64,000 nucleotides of DNA from Nanobdellota archaeon (GTDB taxonomy: Archaea > Nanobdellota > Nanobdellia > Woesearchaeales > UBA583), in contig JAIUMM010000004.1 of assembly GCA_022565615.1 (NCBI GenBank), forward strand, positions 622 to 64,621, written 5' to 3'. The position numbers and the translations under genes are program-made. The notes below the pieces were generated by a model that did no database searches, was not told the origin of the DNA, and worked only from the letters and a program-made list of their open reading frames with translations. This document shows positions 1 through 11,300 of this stretch, piece after piece. Position 1 is the first letter of the stretch. Each line of letters begins with the position of its first letter.

Positions 1-849
1 ATATTCCATAATAAAATTTCTATCAATTTCTTCCCCAATTAATTTATAACCTCCTCTAGGAAAAGAATTAGTTGTTTTTTTTAATGAATGAGTTCCAAAC
101 CTAGCTTGTTCTGATGAATGCTCTATCACTCCTCCTAAATATTGATTCCAACCATCAAAGTTTTCAAAGTTGTCCTCAAATAATATATTTTCTCCAATAT
201 CTTCAAATCTCCACCACCCCACAAGAGAATTGTCAAAATTTACAAATGAGTAATAATCATCTTCAATTGTTGAATCTAAACCAACATTAATGTTTTCACC
301 CAAACTTATTACAAAATTATTTAAAGGGGTAAATGAATTAAAAAACAACAATTCATTAAAAAAAATAGTTGAACTAAAGGGTGCTAAATCCAATCTATTT
401 ACTTCTTCACTAAGAACCAAATCAAAAGATATTCTCCTATTCCCATCTACATCAACATCCACATAAAATGTTTGATTAAATCTAAATATATCTCCAATCT
501 CATAATAATACTCAACATCTGAATCAAACCCATGTTTTCTATAATCTCTTACTAAAATAACTGATTGATTTTCTATAAATATAATCTCATATTTATCTAA
601 TAAATGAAAAGGAATTTCAAATCCTCTTCTCATGTTATTTGGAGAAGTTATTGCATTCTCAAATTCTCTTATAATTGTTTGAACAAAATCTTCTCTTTCT
701 TTGTCTAAATTATCTAAATTAAACCCTGCTATAAAATAACCAGCAACACCTAATGCAACACCCACACCTAAAAATAAAAATACTGATAACAATAAAAATT
801 CAAATCCAATTTGAGCTTTATTATTTAATTTGCTATTATTCAAATTCAT
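1..849 (-). CDS. Class III signal peptide (pilin-like) protein with a LamG-like jellyroll domain; truncated by the window edge
   Basis: Not in ORF track. ATG at 849 gives MNLNNSKLNNKAQIGFEFLLLSVFLFLGVGVALGV (K-A|Q cleavage site, E+5, hydrophobic helix) and later NSLVGWWRFED, typical of a LamG-like domain start. Frame is open to position 1. Confidence 0.75.
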   Translation of the reverse strand, partial: MNLNNSKLNNKAQIGFEFLLLSVFLFLGVGVALGVAGYFIAGFNLDNLDKEREDFVQTIIREFENAITSPNNMRRGFEIPFHLLDKYEIIFIENQSVILVRDYRKHGFDSDVEYYYEIGDIFRFNQTFYVDVDVDGNRRISFDLVLSEEVNRLDLAPFSSTIFFNELLFFNSFTPLNNFVISLGENINVGLDSTIEDDYYSFVNFDNSLVGWWRFEDIGENILFEDNFENFDGWNQYLGGVIEHSSEQARFGTHSLKKTTNSFPRGGYKLIGEEIDRNFIMEY

Positions 850-851
850 TT

Positions 852-3656
852 TTAAAACCTCCTTCTAACCTCTTCATCAACTTGTTTTTGTAACAAAAAC
901 CACTTTTTAGATTTAGACCTCTTTTGTAAATATGCATCAAGACCTAAATCTACTTTTGGAGAAATTTTATTTTGAGTATTCAACAAATCATTAGATTTCT
1001 CACCAACAGTTTCATCTAAATTACTATTAAGATTCCCTACATTCTCATTTTGTATATTCTTATTGTTAAAAAGCTCTTCTCTCTTAAAATTCACCTCTCT
1101 ATTAGGAGATCTTGAACTAAATAATCTACTTATAAAACTTGATTTTTCAGGCAGAACTTTAGATTTGTTTGAAAATAAATCTTCATTAGAATAACTTTTT
1201 TTCTCCTTCTCAACATTAATTTTTTGTATAGAATCAACTTTAGGTTTTTTTGAAAAATCAATATCTTGCGGTCTAATATTTAAATCATTAAATTTAGCTC
1301 TATCATATTCACTCCTTTGATTAAATTGCTGATTTCTCAACTTTCTTTTCTTCTCTTCCTCTTCAATTCTTCTCTTTGTATCTTGAATCTTCTTATCTTC
1401 TAAACGCTTGTATATTTCTTTATCAAATGAAACATTTCTTGAATGTCCAAATGAAAAATGAAACATTTTTTGAGAAGATTTTTTTTTTCTAGTAATTTCT
1501 TTTTGTTTAAGTTCTCTATATGCTTTTTCTTTATCAACTAAATCTTTGATATTTGAATACATTATTGGACAAATTCTAATTATAACAAAAACAACTATAA
1601 CAATTAAGAAACATATAATTAACCATTTTAAAACTTCAAATAAATTACTTGAACCAATAAAAATATTTTTTTTAATAGATTTATCATCTATTTCTGCATT
1701 AGAGGTTGCATTTAAATGTTCCCTCTCATTATTATTAACTTGTTGTAAAACTCCATTTTGAGTTTGTTGTAATTGAGTAGAACTAGATAATGCTTCAATT
1801 ATCAAATCTTGTGAATTTTTATTTCCAACTCCATCTTCAATTTCAACATATACATTAAAATTATCTTCCCCCTTTAAAATTGTAAATGTGAATTGTCTTT
1901 CTTGTAAATTTTCAAATTCAACACTATTTTCATCTTCTTTTGTAACTACTATACCAGTTGGTTTTTCAAATATTTTAAGATATGAAATTGACTCATTACT
2001 TTGAATATCTCTTTGAATTCTCAAATCATGACTAATTTTACCTTTAATATTCTCTTCTGTTCTAATTGTAACTCGCACGAACTCTTCAAATTCTTGCTTC
2101 TCAACTTGTAAATCAACTGATACTTTTTGCGGAATTACTCTAATTTCCTCACTTATATTAACATTTCCAACTTCATCATACACTTGAAGTCTATACCTGT
2201 ACTCTTGAGGATATTGAACTTGAGTATCAGTAAAATAGCCTTGAAAATTTGTATTTGAGTTTAGATTTGTATTTGAATTAAAACTATTATCTCTTGAAAT
2301 TATTCTACCACTTTCAAATATCTCTACTCTTGAAGTAGTATTATCAACCTCAAACTCAATATCAACAGTCCCTTGAGAATTTGTTTTAACATTAAATATT
2401 TCAATTGCAGGAGGAGTTGTATCAACAATTAAAAAATGACGAATTTGTTGAATCATTAATTCATTAGAACACTCAATTTCTAAATTATATTCTTTTTCCT
2501 CAATATTGATATTATTATCTCTTGACAATTCTAATTCAAAAATTGATGAACTAGAACTTGTTCTAACAAATTCATTAACTCTATTTGAATTAAATCCTCT
2601 AACACTACACTCTTGAGCATTTTGAGCATCAATTCTAAGTATATTTGAAATTATTGAAGGAATAGTTCTAATTTGAATATTTTGAATTTGAGAAGTTAAA
2701 TTATACATTTTAGAATTTGAAAACTCATCTTCTAAAATAATTAAAAATTCATTTTGAGGAATTTGAGAAAGTACAATTTCAAAATTTCCTGAAGTAATTT
2801 GATTTGAAGAAGTAGTAAAATCCTCTCTATATTCTCTTGAACCTAACTTTACAGTCCATGAAGAAATATTTGATTCATCTTCAATATCAAAAATTAATTT
2901 AATTTGATTTGAAAATGTATCAGTAATTGTAACATTTGCAAGTTTAGGAGGAAAAATATCTTGGAGTTCAAAACTTCTAGTTCTTTTTTGAAGATTTCCA
3001 GCCCTATCTCTTGATTCAACTACAATAGAATGTTTTAATGCTGAACTAATATTAATAGTTGTATTAAAAGATATTTGAGTTGAATTTGTTTGAAATGAAG
3101 TATTAAATATTTTTCTAATAATTGAACTATTCTCTTCAACTTCTACATATAACTCATTTGAAATAGTTGAATGTAAATTATCTCTCACTTCAACTTCAAT
3201 TGTCAATTCTTGATTTTGTGAATTAATTGAATACTCAATATCAATTGTTGGAGGAATAAAATCTAAATATATTGTTTTATTAGAAATAATATTTGAACTT
3301 GTAGTAAGTTGTGTAATTTTAAATGTAATAGCACTAATAAAAGATGTATTGGAAGTGTGAATATAATCTAAAAGTGTTCCTTGAAAGCAATATTCTTCAT
3401 TAATTTGAGTTATTGTACATAAACTAGCATTAAATATTTGTGTATGTGTTGATGAAGAATTATCATTTAAAAATATTTCATATGTGAATTCAAAAGAAGT
3501 ATTTTGATTTGAACCTAAATAAAATGTTAAATCTTGAAATGAAAAAAAATCATTTTCTTCAAAATTAGAATTATAAACTGTAAAAGAAGAGAAAACTAAA
3601 TTTAAAGAGAAAAGAAATATGCACACAAAACTTAATATTTTATAATAATTATTCAT
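852..3656 (-). CDS. Secreted/membrane-anchored surface protein with Ig-like beta-sandwich repeats and a cytoplasmic tail
   Basis: N-terminal signal peptide; repeated D-x-x-PP...D-x-x-GN motifs (DFIPP..DRAGN, DTTPP..DEVGN, DGVGN); single TM around aa 678-700; charged C-terminal tail. Confidence 0.7.
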   Translation of the reverse strand: MNNYYKILSFVCIFLFSLNLVFSSFTVYNSNFEENDFFSFQDLTFYLGSNQNTSFEFTYEIFLNDNSSSTHTQIFNASLCTITQINEEYCFQGTLLDYIHTSNTSFISAITFKITQLTTSSNIISNKTIYLDFIPPTIDIEYSINSQNQELTIEVEVRDNLHSTISNELYVEVEENSSIIRKIFNTSFQTNSTQISFNTTINISSALKHSIVVESRDRAGNLQKRTRSFELQDIFPPKLANVTITDTFSNQIKLIFDIEDESNISSWTVKLGSREYREDFTTSSNQITSGNFEIVLSQIPQNEFLIILEDEFSNSKMYNLTSQIQNIQIRTIPSIISNILRIDAQNAQECSVRGFNSNRVNEFVRTSSSSSIFELELSRDNNINIEEKEYNLEIECSNELMIQQIRHFLIVDTTPPAIEIFNVKTNSQGTVDIEFEVDNTTSRVEIFESGRIISRDNSFNSNTNLNSNTNFQGYFTDTQVQYPQEYRYRLQVYDEVGNVNISEEIRVIPQKVSVDLQVEKQEFEEFVRVTIRTEENIKGKISHDLRIQRDIQSNESISYLKIFEKPTGIVVTKEDENSVEFENLQERQFTFTILKGEDNFNVYVEIEDGVGNKNSQDLIIEALSSSTQLQQTQNGVLQQVNNNEREHLNATSNAEIDDKSIKKNIFIGSSNLFEVLKWLIICFLIVIVVFVIIRICPIMYSNIKDLVDKEKAYRELKQKEITRKKKSSQKMFHFSFGHSRNVSFDKEIYKRLEDKKIQDTKRRIEEEEKKRKLRNQQFNQRSEYDRAKFNDLNIRPQDIDFSKKPKVDSIQKINVEKEKKSYSNEDLFSNKSKVLPEKSSFISRLFSSRSPNREVNFKREELFNNKNIQNENVGNLNSNLDETVGEKSNDLLNTQNKISPKVDLGLDAYLQKRSKSKKWFLLQKQVDEEVRRRF

Positions 3657-3832
3657 AGTATTATTTCATAAAATACCTTTAAAAAATTTTGTACAAATAT
3701 CATAGAGTAACAATATAAACCTAGTTGAGATTAAAACTATTGAATAATAAAATTTAACAATTTTGAATTGAAAAAAGATAATTAAAATATAAAAATTTAT
3801 ATATCATAATTTCTAGTAATAATATGAAAATA

Positions 3833-3840
3833 TTTAAAAA
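3833..3840 (+). promoter_or_regulatory. Putative TATA box of tRNA-Glu
   Basis: TTTAAAAA preceded by purine-rich GAAAA (BRE-like), 23 nt upstream of the tRNA 5' end. Confidence 0.45.
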
Positions 3841-3863
3841 GAGAATTGAATTTTAATATATAT

Positions 3864-3938
3864 CCTCCGGTGGTGTAGTCCGGCCAATCATGCAGCCCTC
3901 TCACGGCTGCGACCCGGGTTCGAATCCCGGCCGGAGGG
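3864..3938 (+). tRNA. tRNA-Glu (anticodon CTC), no intron, CCA not encoded
   Basis: Acceptor CCTCCGG/CCGGAGG; D arm GTGTAGTCCGGCCAATCAT; anticodon stem CAGCC/GGCTG with loop CT-CTC-AC; T arm CCGGG-TTCGAAT-CCCGG; followed by a T-run. Confidence 0.97.
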
Positions 3939-4091
3939 TTTTTTAATTATAAATTCTAAATTATAGAGTATTTATTAAATCTAAAGTGTAGTTTAACTCT
4001 AATAAGTAAATTTAAATTATAAATAAAGTAAAATTATATGTGCAACTAAAACTTAAATTTTAGATGATTTTGGATAATTTTTTAAAAATAA

Positions 4092-5000
4092 TCAATTATC
4101 CTCTTCTTTATCAATAAATTCCATCACACTAAGTGAGATATTCTTCTCAATTAAATACTCAGTACTAAAATCATACTTTTTAACCGGAATCTCTGCACTC
4201 AAACTTGCACCTTGATGATGAATCTTATTAACTTTAAGAGTGAACTTATCATCTTCAATAATATCAACAAACTCTTTTTGTAAATTTTTTAAAATTGATT
4301 TTTCAACCTTTCTCACTTTTGGAAATAGTGATTTATCAATTTCAAATTCATAAATAATTCTTTTAAATTTTACTTTAGAATAATTTACAACTTCTCTTTG
4401 AAATAATAGCGTATTTGGAATAAACACAACATCTCCTTCATCAGTCATAATTTTTGTATTCATAAATCTAATATCTTTAATTCTACCTTTAAAATCATTA
4501 ACTTTAATATAATCTCCAATTTTAAAATCATCTGAGAAAATAATCAATAATCCATCAATAATATTTGCTATATATTCTTTAAACAACCATGAAAATGCAA
4601 CTGATACTAAAGCAAATGTTGTAAAAAATGTGAGTAAATGAATTCCTGAATAATATAAAGTTGCAAGTAAACAAATTAATATCAAAATCATTCGATACAC
4701 ATTTTCAATTCCTTTAATTGTATTATCAATAGTTCCGACTTGGATTTTATTCCTCTTCCTATATGTTGACATAATGAAGAGTTTGACAAAATTTAATCCA
4801 ACTGCAATAAATAAATACAATAAAAATAAATCTATAAATTTAATAAAAGGTAAATTTGAAACTTCAATAAAATCTGAAAAAAAAGTTCTAAATATTCCAA
4901 CAACTGCTAAAAATAAAATAATCAAATAGAAAAAAAACTTTCTTCTAAATGAAACTCTAAAAAAAGAAAGCTTTAATGCATATAAAATTCTTTGAAACAT
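4092..5000 (-). CDS. mscS: Small-conductance mechanosensitive channel (MscS family)
   Basis: TM helices followed by ANIIDGLLIIFSDDFKIGDYIKVNDFKGRIKDI...T...TDEGDVVFIPN, the MscS signature region. Confidence 0.9.
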   Translation of the reverse strand: MFQRILYALKLSFFRVSFRRKFFFYLIILFLAVVGIFRTFFSDFIEVSNLPFIKFIDLFLLYLFIAVGLNFVKLFIMSTYRKRNKIQVGTIDNTIKGIENVYRMILILICLLATLYYSGIHLLTFFTTFALVSVAFSWLFKEYIANIIDGLLIIFSDDFKIGDYIKVNDFKGRIKDIRFMNTKIMTDEGDVVFIPNTLLFQREVVNYSKVKFKRIIYEFEIDKSLFPKVRKVEKSILKNLQKEFVDIIEDDKFTLKVNKIHHQGASLSAEIPVKKYDFSTEYLIEKNISLSVMEFIDKEEDN

Positions 5001-5137
5001 AATTTGAAAAAATTAAAAATCTTTTAAAAGAGTTTGTACGTAAATATATAGATTATCTCACATTTAATAAATACAAACACGAATTATATTAAAAAAAGAT
5101 GTGAATATCTTAAAGTATTTCTCATGAGTAAAAATAC

Positions 5138-5145
5138 TTTATAAA
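5138..5145 (+). promoter_or_regulatory. TATA box upstream of dps
   Basis: TTTATAAA 24 nt before ATG 5170; the same geometry recurs at many genes in the window. Confidence 0.55.
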
Positions 5146-5169
5146 ATTAGAATCACTACTTAAATTACA

Positions 5170-5637
5170 ATGGAACACGTAATTAAAAACGAAACTATGC
5201 AAAAAAAAGTGTGTGAATTATTAAATGTATTACTTGCAAATGAGTATGTATTATATACAAAACTTAGAAATTTTCACTGGAATGTTGTAGGACCTCACTT
5301 TCAAGATTATCATAAATTTTTTGAAGAAACATACAATAAAGTAGAAGAAGATATCGATGAAACAGCTGAGAGAATTAGAACTCTTAATCAAAGACCACTT
5401 AGTTCAATGAAAGAATTTTTAGAACACTCAACTCTTAAAGAATCAACTCAAGCTCAAATGAGTGCTAGTGATATGTTAAGTGAATTATCTCAAGATTATG
5501 AACATTTAATCATAGCATTTAATGAAAACATTTCAAAATGTGATGAAATAGGAGATATTGGAACTGAAGATTTTTTAACAGGAATGATGCAAGAATATGA
5601 AAAAAAGTTATGGATGATTAAGAGTATGAATTCATAA
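5170..5637 (+). CDS. dps: Dps (DNA starvation/stationary-phase protection protein, ferritin-like)
   Basis: KLRNFHWNVVGPHFQDYHKFFEE...DETAERIR ferroxidase motifs; KKLWM near C-terminus. Confidence 0.95.
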   Translation: MEHVIKNETMQKKVCELLNVLLANEYVLYTKLRNFHWNVVGPHFQDYHKFFEETYNKVEEDIDETAERIRTLNQRPLSSMKEFLEHSTLKESTQAQMSASDMLSELSQDYEHLIIAFNENISKCDEIGDIGTEDFLTGMMQEYEKKLWMIKSMNS

Positions 5638-5709
5638 CAATAAAATTAAAATTATAATTCTTTTTTTCAACTTAATATTAATGTTTAAAGTAAAATTTTA
5701 ACTAAATAA

Positions 5710-6147
5710 TTAGATATACATTTCAATTTTATTAAAAATATTATATAACGCATTAGAACGATTAGGAGATAAAAAACTCTCAAGTCCAATATTTGAAGAG
5801 CTTTTTTTAATTAATTCAATATTCTCTTTCAAATCTTCTTGCAAAGTATCATCTAAAATCTGCTTTATAAGTCCAAAGAAACCTTTTATTATCATAGCAT
5901 CTGCAAAAAAATGAATAGTAATTAAAGAAGGAGAATTCCTTTCATTTTCAATATGAACATCTACATATGCTCTACTCACACAACCTCTAACTAAAAATTC
6001 TTCCTTTTCAACTAATGTAGAATCTACCTCAAACTCTTTTGCAAATTCTAAAATAAATTCCATTTTCTCCATGGGAGATTCCATATATTCAAACTCCTCT
6101 TCCAAATCTTTGAGTTCTTGAATCACTAATTCTTTAGTTTTAATCAT
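5710..6147 (-). CDS. sufE: SufE family Fe-S assembly sulfur acceptor
   Basis: VRGCVS motif with active Cys, ADAMIIKG, LSPNRSN. Confidence 0.9.
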   Translation of the reverse strand: MIKTKELVIQELKDLEEEFEYMESPMEKMEFILEFAKEFEVDSTLVEKEEFLVRGCVSRAYVDVHIENERNSPSLITIHFFADAMIIKGFFGLIKQILDDTLQEDLKENIELIKKSSSNIGLESFLSPNRSNALYNIFNKIEMYI

Positions 6148-6194
6148 ATTTTATTGTTATAATTACACTCACTTAAAATTTTAAATAAATCACT

Positions 6195-6881
6195 TTATTT
6201 TTCTTCCTTTTCTTTTACAACTTGAACTCTTGCAGGCCTTAAAATTGAATCTTTAAGTTTATATCCTTTTTGAAGAACTCCAACAATAGTTCCAACTGGG
6301 TACTCATGATGCTCAATTAAAATAGGTTCATGTTCTTTAACATTAAACTCTTGCCCTATTTGAGGTTCATATATTGAAATAGAGTGATTTTGTAACACAT
6401 TTAATAAATTTTGATGAATCATTTCAACTCCTTTAATAAACATTGTAGTATCTTGAGTCATTTTCAAACTCATCTCAAAATTATCAATACTTGGTAATAA
6501 ATCACTCACAAAACTTGAAACTGCCCTCTCTTTTGACTTCAAATTCTCCTCTTGCATTCTTTTCCTATAATTTTCAAAATCTGCTTTAAGTCTTAAATAA
6601 TCATCTTTTAATTCATCATATTGCAGTTGTAATTTTTGTTCTTTCTCTAATTCCTCTTGAAGCATATCATCAGGAATTGTAGGAGTATCTTCATCTACTT
6701 CAACATATGTATCATTTTTTTTCATTTCCTCTTCACCAATTTCATCTAATTCTTGTTCATAATTTTTCTTATTCTTCTCATGAAAATTTTCTTCACTAAG
6801 TTCTTTATACTGTGAACTTGAACTTAAATCTTCAACATTTTCATTCTCAACAGACTTAAAATCTTTATTTTTATTTTCCAT
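6195..6881 (-). CDS. grpE: Nucleotide exchange factor GrpE
   Basis: LRLKADFENYRKR, LLPSIDNFE, LQKGYKLKDSILRPARVQV. Start moved to ATG 6881 (MENKNK), which has a TATA-like element upstream. Confidence 0.93.
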   Translation of the reverse strand: MENKNKDFKSVENENVEDLSSSSQYKELSEENFHEKNKKNYEQELDEIGEEEMKKNDTYVEVDEDTPTIPDDMLQEELEKEQKLQLQYDELKDDYLRLKADFENYRKRMQEENLKSKERAVSSFVSDLLPSIDNFEMSLKMTQDTTMFIKGVEMIHQNLLNVLQNHSISIYEPQIGQEFNVKEHEPILIEHHEYPVGTIVGVLQKGYKLKDSILRPARVQVVKEKEEK

Positions 6882-6945
6882 AATTCTTAAAATTGAGATA
6901 TATTTATATGTTTTGTGAAAAAATAATACAAAATTCAATAATTCA

Positions 6946-7722
6946 TTATTTATTAGAGTTCAAATACTCACTACTCTCATCAGCTGTTACATATACTTTC
7001 TTTGAAAAATCCTCAGAACTTATTTTAGATTTATTTTTTTTCGAATTATTTCCATTATTACTAGCAGAATTATTTTCAACCACAACAACTCTTTGAGGAG
7101 AATTCTTCTTAGAACCTTGAATATGGGCTTCAACTCTTTGAATATTTGAAAGAGGATTTGCTTTTGTTAACTTTTTAGTATAATACAAATATCCAAATAA
7201 AATTCCTGAAAACATCCCAATAATATGAGCTTCACTTGCAACATTTGATAAATAAAAACTACCAATTAAATCATATATGAAATAAATAATTGCAAGAGTT
7301 CTAAGTTTCATAGGAATTACACCAAGTAAATAAAATATAACATTTGGAAATAAATACGCACTTGCTCCAACTAATGCCATAACTCCTGCACTTGCACCAA
7401 GAGCTGCTGTATAAATAAAACTTCCAACAATTCCTGCAATAAGTCCAGAACCAAAATAAAGTAAATAATATTGTCTATCTTTAAGCTTTAATTCTAAAAG
7501 TGAACCAAAAATTAACACTCCAAACATATTAAATAGTAAATGACTAAAATTAGCATGTAAAAACATATGAGAAACTAAGGAATAAGGGGCATTAAGCAAA
7601 TCACCTTTATTTAAAATAAATAATTCTGTAAAACCATCATATGACATTTGAAAAATGAAACATAATACAGTAAAAATTATAATTAAAATTGTTGGACTAT
7701 TAAATCTTAGATGATTGAGCAT
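6946..7722 (-). CDS. Rhomboid family intramembrane serine protease
   Basis: HMFLHANFSHLLFNM, GASAG (catalytic Ser), AHIIG (catalytic His). Confidence 0.93.
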   Translation of the reverse strand: MLNHLRFNSPTILIIIFTVLCFIFQMSYDGFTELFILNKGDLLNAPYSLVSHMFLHANFSHLLFNMFGVLIFGSLLELKLKDRQYYLLYFGSGLIAGIVGSFIYTAALGASAGVMALVGASAYLFPNVIFYLLGVIPMKLRTLAIIYFIYDLIGSFYLSNVASEAHIIGMFSGILFGYLYYTKKLTKANPLSNIQRVEAHIQGSKKNSPQRVVVVENNSASNNGNNSKKNKSKISSEDFSKKVYVTADESSEYLNSNK

Positions 7723-7779
7723 TTTTTATTAGTATATATACATTAATTTTTATGTATTTATCAAGTTTACTCTAATGAA

Positions 7780-8247
7780 CTATTTTATTTCAATATAAGA
7801 AGATGAGTCATCTCCAATTTTATATGATTTATTTGATTTATTTTTAAAATTAAATTTTGAATTAAAAATAGTTTTTTTTGAATTAAAAGGTGTATTTTTA
7901 AATAATTTTTTATTTTTTTTTGAATTAATATTTTTATACTTTCTACTCTTAATCAATTTTTTATCAATTTCATAATCTTCTTTTCTCTTCATCAATTTAA
8001 ATACAATATTGCTCAAATATTCAGATTTAAAAATATATAATAAAATAAATAAAATAGTTATTAATGGAACACTAATTAATATATTCAAAGGACTAAATAT
8101 CAAATTTAAAGAAATCATAATAGTAATAAATAATAATATAAAATAGATTATATAAAATATTTTTTTAAACAAATTCTCCTTATGTTTAGAATGGAAAAAA
8201 GAAGAAATATCTTTTTTATTTCCTTTAGAATCTGTAATTTTCATCAT
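7780..8247 (-). CDS. Hypothetical membrane protein (2 TM, basic tail)
   Basis: ORF with two hydrophobic helices and a Lys-rich C-terminus. Confidence 0.55.
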   Translation of the reverse strand: MMKITDSKGNKKDISSFFHSKHKENLFKKIFYIIYFILLFITIMISLNLIFSPLNILISVPLITILFILLYIFKSEYLSNIVFKLMKRKEDYEIDKKLIKSRKYKNINSKKNKKLFKNTPFNSKKTIFNSKFNFKNKSNKSYKIGDDSSSYIEIK

Positions 8248-8300
8248 TTAGTATAAATATAAAGTACTTTTTAAAGTTAATGATTTAAAAAATAAAAAGA

Positions 8301-11300
8301 TTATGATACAATAATTGTAACTATTGCTCCAAGGGTCCTAATAAACCTCATTCTAATCGAATTTGAACTTCCAACATTATCTCTTGCTTCAACTTCAAAT
8401 TCACCACTTAATCCTAAATTTAAATAATCTTCTTGACTTAAAGTAATCTCAAGAGTCGGATATGTTACTGTTTTCACCAATTCACCATTCATATATAGTC
8501 TATAAGAACCAACAACTTCTGGTTCAAGAGTAAATACTAAATTTCCTGATGAAAAACTATAAGGTTCATTATTTGTAATTAAATTACTTCTTTGGGTATC
8601 AATTCTTAGTTTTAAAGATTCAGGATCATCAATTGTCTTATTTAATGTTATTTTATCAAAGTTAATCAATATTCTCTTTGACTCTTCATTTACTCCATCA
8701 CTAACCATACAATTAATATTACCTGAAATAGATTCATTTGAAATTCTACTTACTTGTAATTTTCCTTCTAAATTCAAAGTTTGAGGTAAGGCAGGTGAAA
8801 TTTTTATTCTAGAATTTAATGATTCACAAACTACTCTATTTGTAACATCAACACCTTCTATACTTTGTGCATTAATATAAAATGTAGCACCCGAAGATTG
8901 ACCTAAATTTTGAACTTCACCAGGAAAATTTACAAATAAACTAGACATTATATCACCTCTAGTCTCATCAAATAAAACTTCAAATGATTTTGAAATTCCT
9001 CTCACATTACAAGTTACCACTGATCTAATTGAATCATTAGAGAGTCTTTGAATATTTAATTGTGAAGTTGAACCTAAATGACTTGCTTCTAAAGAAATAC
9101 TACTTGAAGAACTTTGACAAATAATTTCATTACTAATTGGAACTGAATTTTCAAATGCACTAATTTCTTGAGTCGTATAAACACTAGTTCCTAAATCTAA
9201 TTTATTTGGAACTCTTAGAGTAATAATTGACATCATATCAATTTCTAAAAACTCAAGTGGAATAATAATTGAATCTGATTGTGAAGAAGATGAACAAATT
9301 ATTGAACCTTTAAGGGCCTCATTAGTAGTTCTTGTAACAATTAACTCTGAATTTTCAATATCAATTCTACTTAAAACTAAATCTTGAATTGAACTTGAAG
9401 GACTACAACTAATTTCTTGTAGAACATTTTGAGTCCCTCTAAATGCACTTATTTGAGTTTTAACTGAATAGGTTTGAGAAATTAACGAAGTTGGACTAAC
9501 TTCAATTAAAACTGGGTTTATAGGTGTTGGATTTGAATTTTCAAAGAAAATATCTATATTTTTAATTTGTAAATTCTCTCCTCCTAAATCCGATATGGAA
9601 CATCTCAGAGAACTTTCAATTAATTCAGTAGTTAATCTTGTAATAATTAACCTATTTGATGAGGGACTAATCTCATGTCTATACAATGATGAATCTGAAG
9701 TAGTACATACAATATTATTAGTTACATCTGTAACTTCATTTAATAAAGCTCTAATCTCTCCAATAACTTGAGAATTCATTCCACCAAATAAAGGAGATTG
9801 AGCAGTTATTGATAAAGAAGAAGTTGACTCTTGCTCAATTTTATCAAAAGAAATTTGAACATATTTAACTTCCATAAATCCATTATCACTAATACTACAT
9901 CTAACTACTGAATGAATTGAATCTTCACTATCTCTTTGAATTATTAATGGAGAATTCTCTGAGACTACTCTTACTTTACTATTTGAATCCGTAATTTGAC
10001 AAGAAACACTTGATGTTAAATTAGTTCCATCACTATTTGAAGCACTAATTAAAGACTGAACTCTATCCCCATCACCTCCTGATAAAAATGTTGGAACTTC
10101 TAAAAATAGTTCATAACTGGAATCATACTCATTTATTCTATCAAATGTAACTAGTATTGATGAAGAATTTGTTAAACCACCAACTGAGACTCCACAATTA
10201 ACAACAGAATTAATTTCTGAATTTGACTGTCTTTGAACCATTACATTATTATTAGTATTAATTACCCTAATATTATTATTAGTTGAAGTACAAGATACTA
10301 AATGAGACACTAAATTATCATTGTATACTGCTGAAATTTCACCAATAATTTCTTGATTTTTAGCTCCAGATAGCATTAAAGGAGTATTTAAATGTAAGTG
10401 ATTCATAGGAATAAGATTCTCTAAAAAGTTTACACTTAATGTTTTAATATCTCTTCCTGTCGGAGTATGAGAACATATAATCACACCATTTTCAACTTTT
10501 TCACCATTATTTCTTGAAATTATAAGAGAAGAATCAACTAAATCCACATTTAAACGTGTTCTAAATTCATCTGAAACTCTACAACTAACTTCATCTAATA
10601 CATTTACAGAACCTCTAGTTGCAGTTATCTTAGTTGAAATTAACATCTCATTTGTATTCAATGTAGATGGATTAAAATTTATTCTAACAGGATTTTCTCC
10701 CTGCTGTGCATCAAATAAAACTCTAATAGATACTGATTTAGTTTCACTACCATCAATTTTTGAAAGACTACATTCTAAATTACTATTAATTATACTAGGT
10801 ACATTTCTTGTAATCTCAATGGTATTAGTAGTTCCATCAATAGTATAATCATATAACGAACTATCTACATTATTACACGTAATTGTTGAAGTTAAAATTA
10901 AATCTCCATCAAGTCTACCTTCAATAGATCCAATTACTTTTGAATTTTCTCTTCCATTTAGAGGAGATTGAGCATAAATTGATAACTCTCCTTCTCTTGA
11001 TTCAATTCTTTCAAACATTATTTGAATAAATCTCTCAACTCTTAAACCATTATTTGAAACACTACATTGAATAAATGTATCAATTGAGCCTGAATGTAAT
11101 CTCTCTACAATCAAAGGAGAATTTGATTGACTAACATGAATATTTTCACTCAAAGACATTCTCTGACAAATAATTGAATTTGTTAAATCATTACCTTGAC
11201 TATCAGATGCTCCCACTAAATCTTGGACTTTCTGAGACTCTGCACCATTCAAATAATTTGGGACATCTAAATATAACTCATAAGAAGGAGTAAATGAATC

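Noticed and set aside
3657..4091. Integrated element at the tRNA-Glu gene
   Set aside because: No integrase nearby, and I found no duplicated tRNA 3' end (att site) elsewhere in the window
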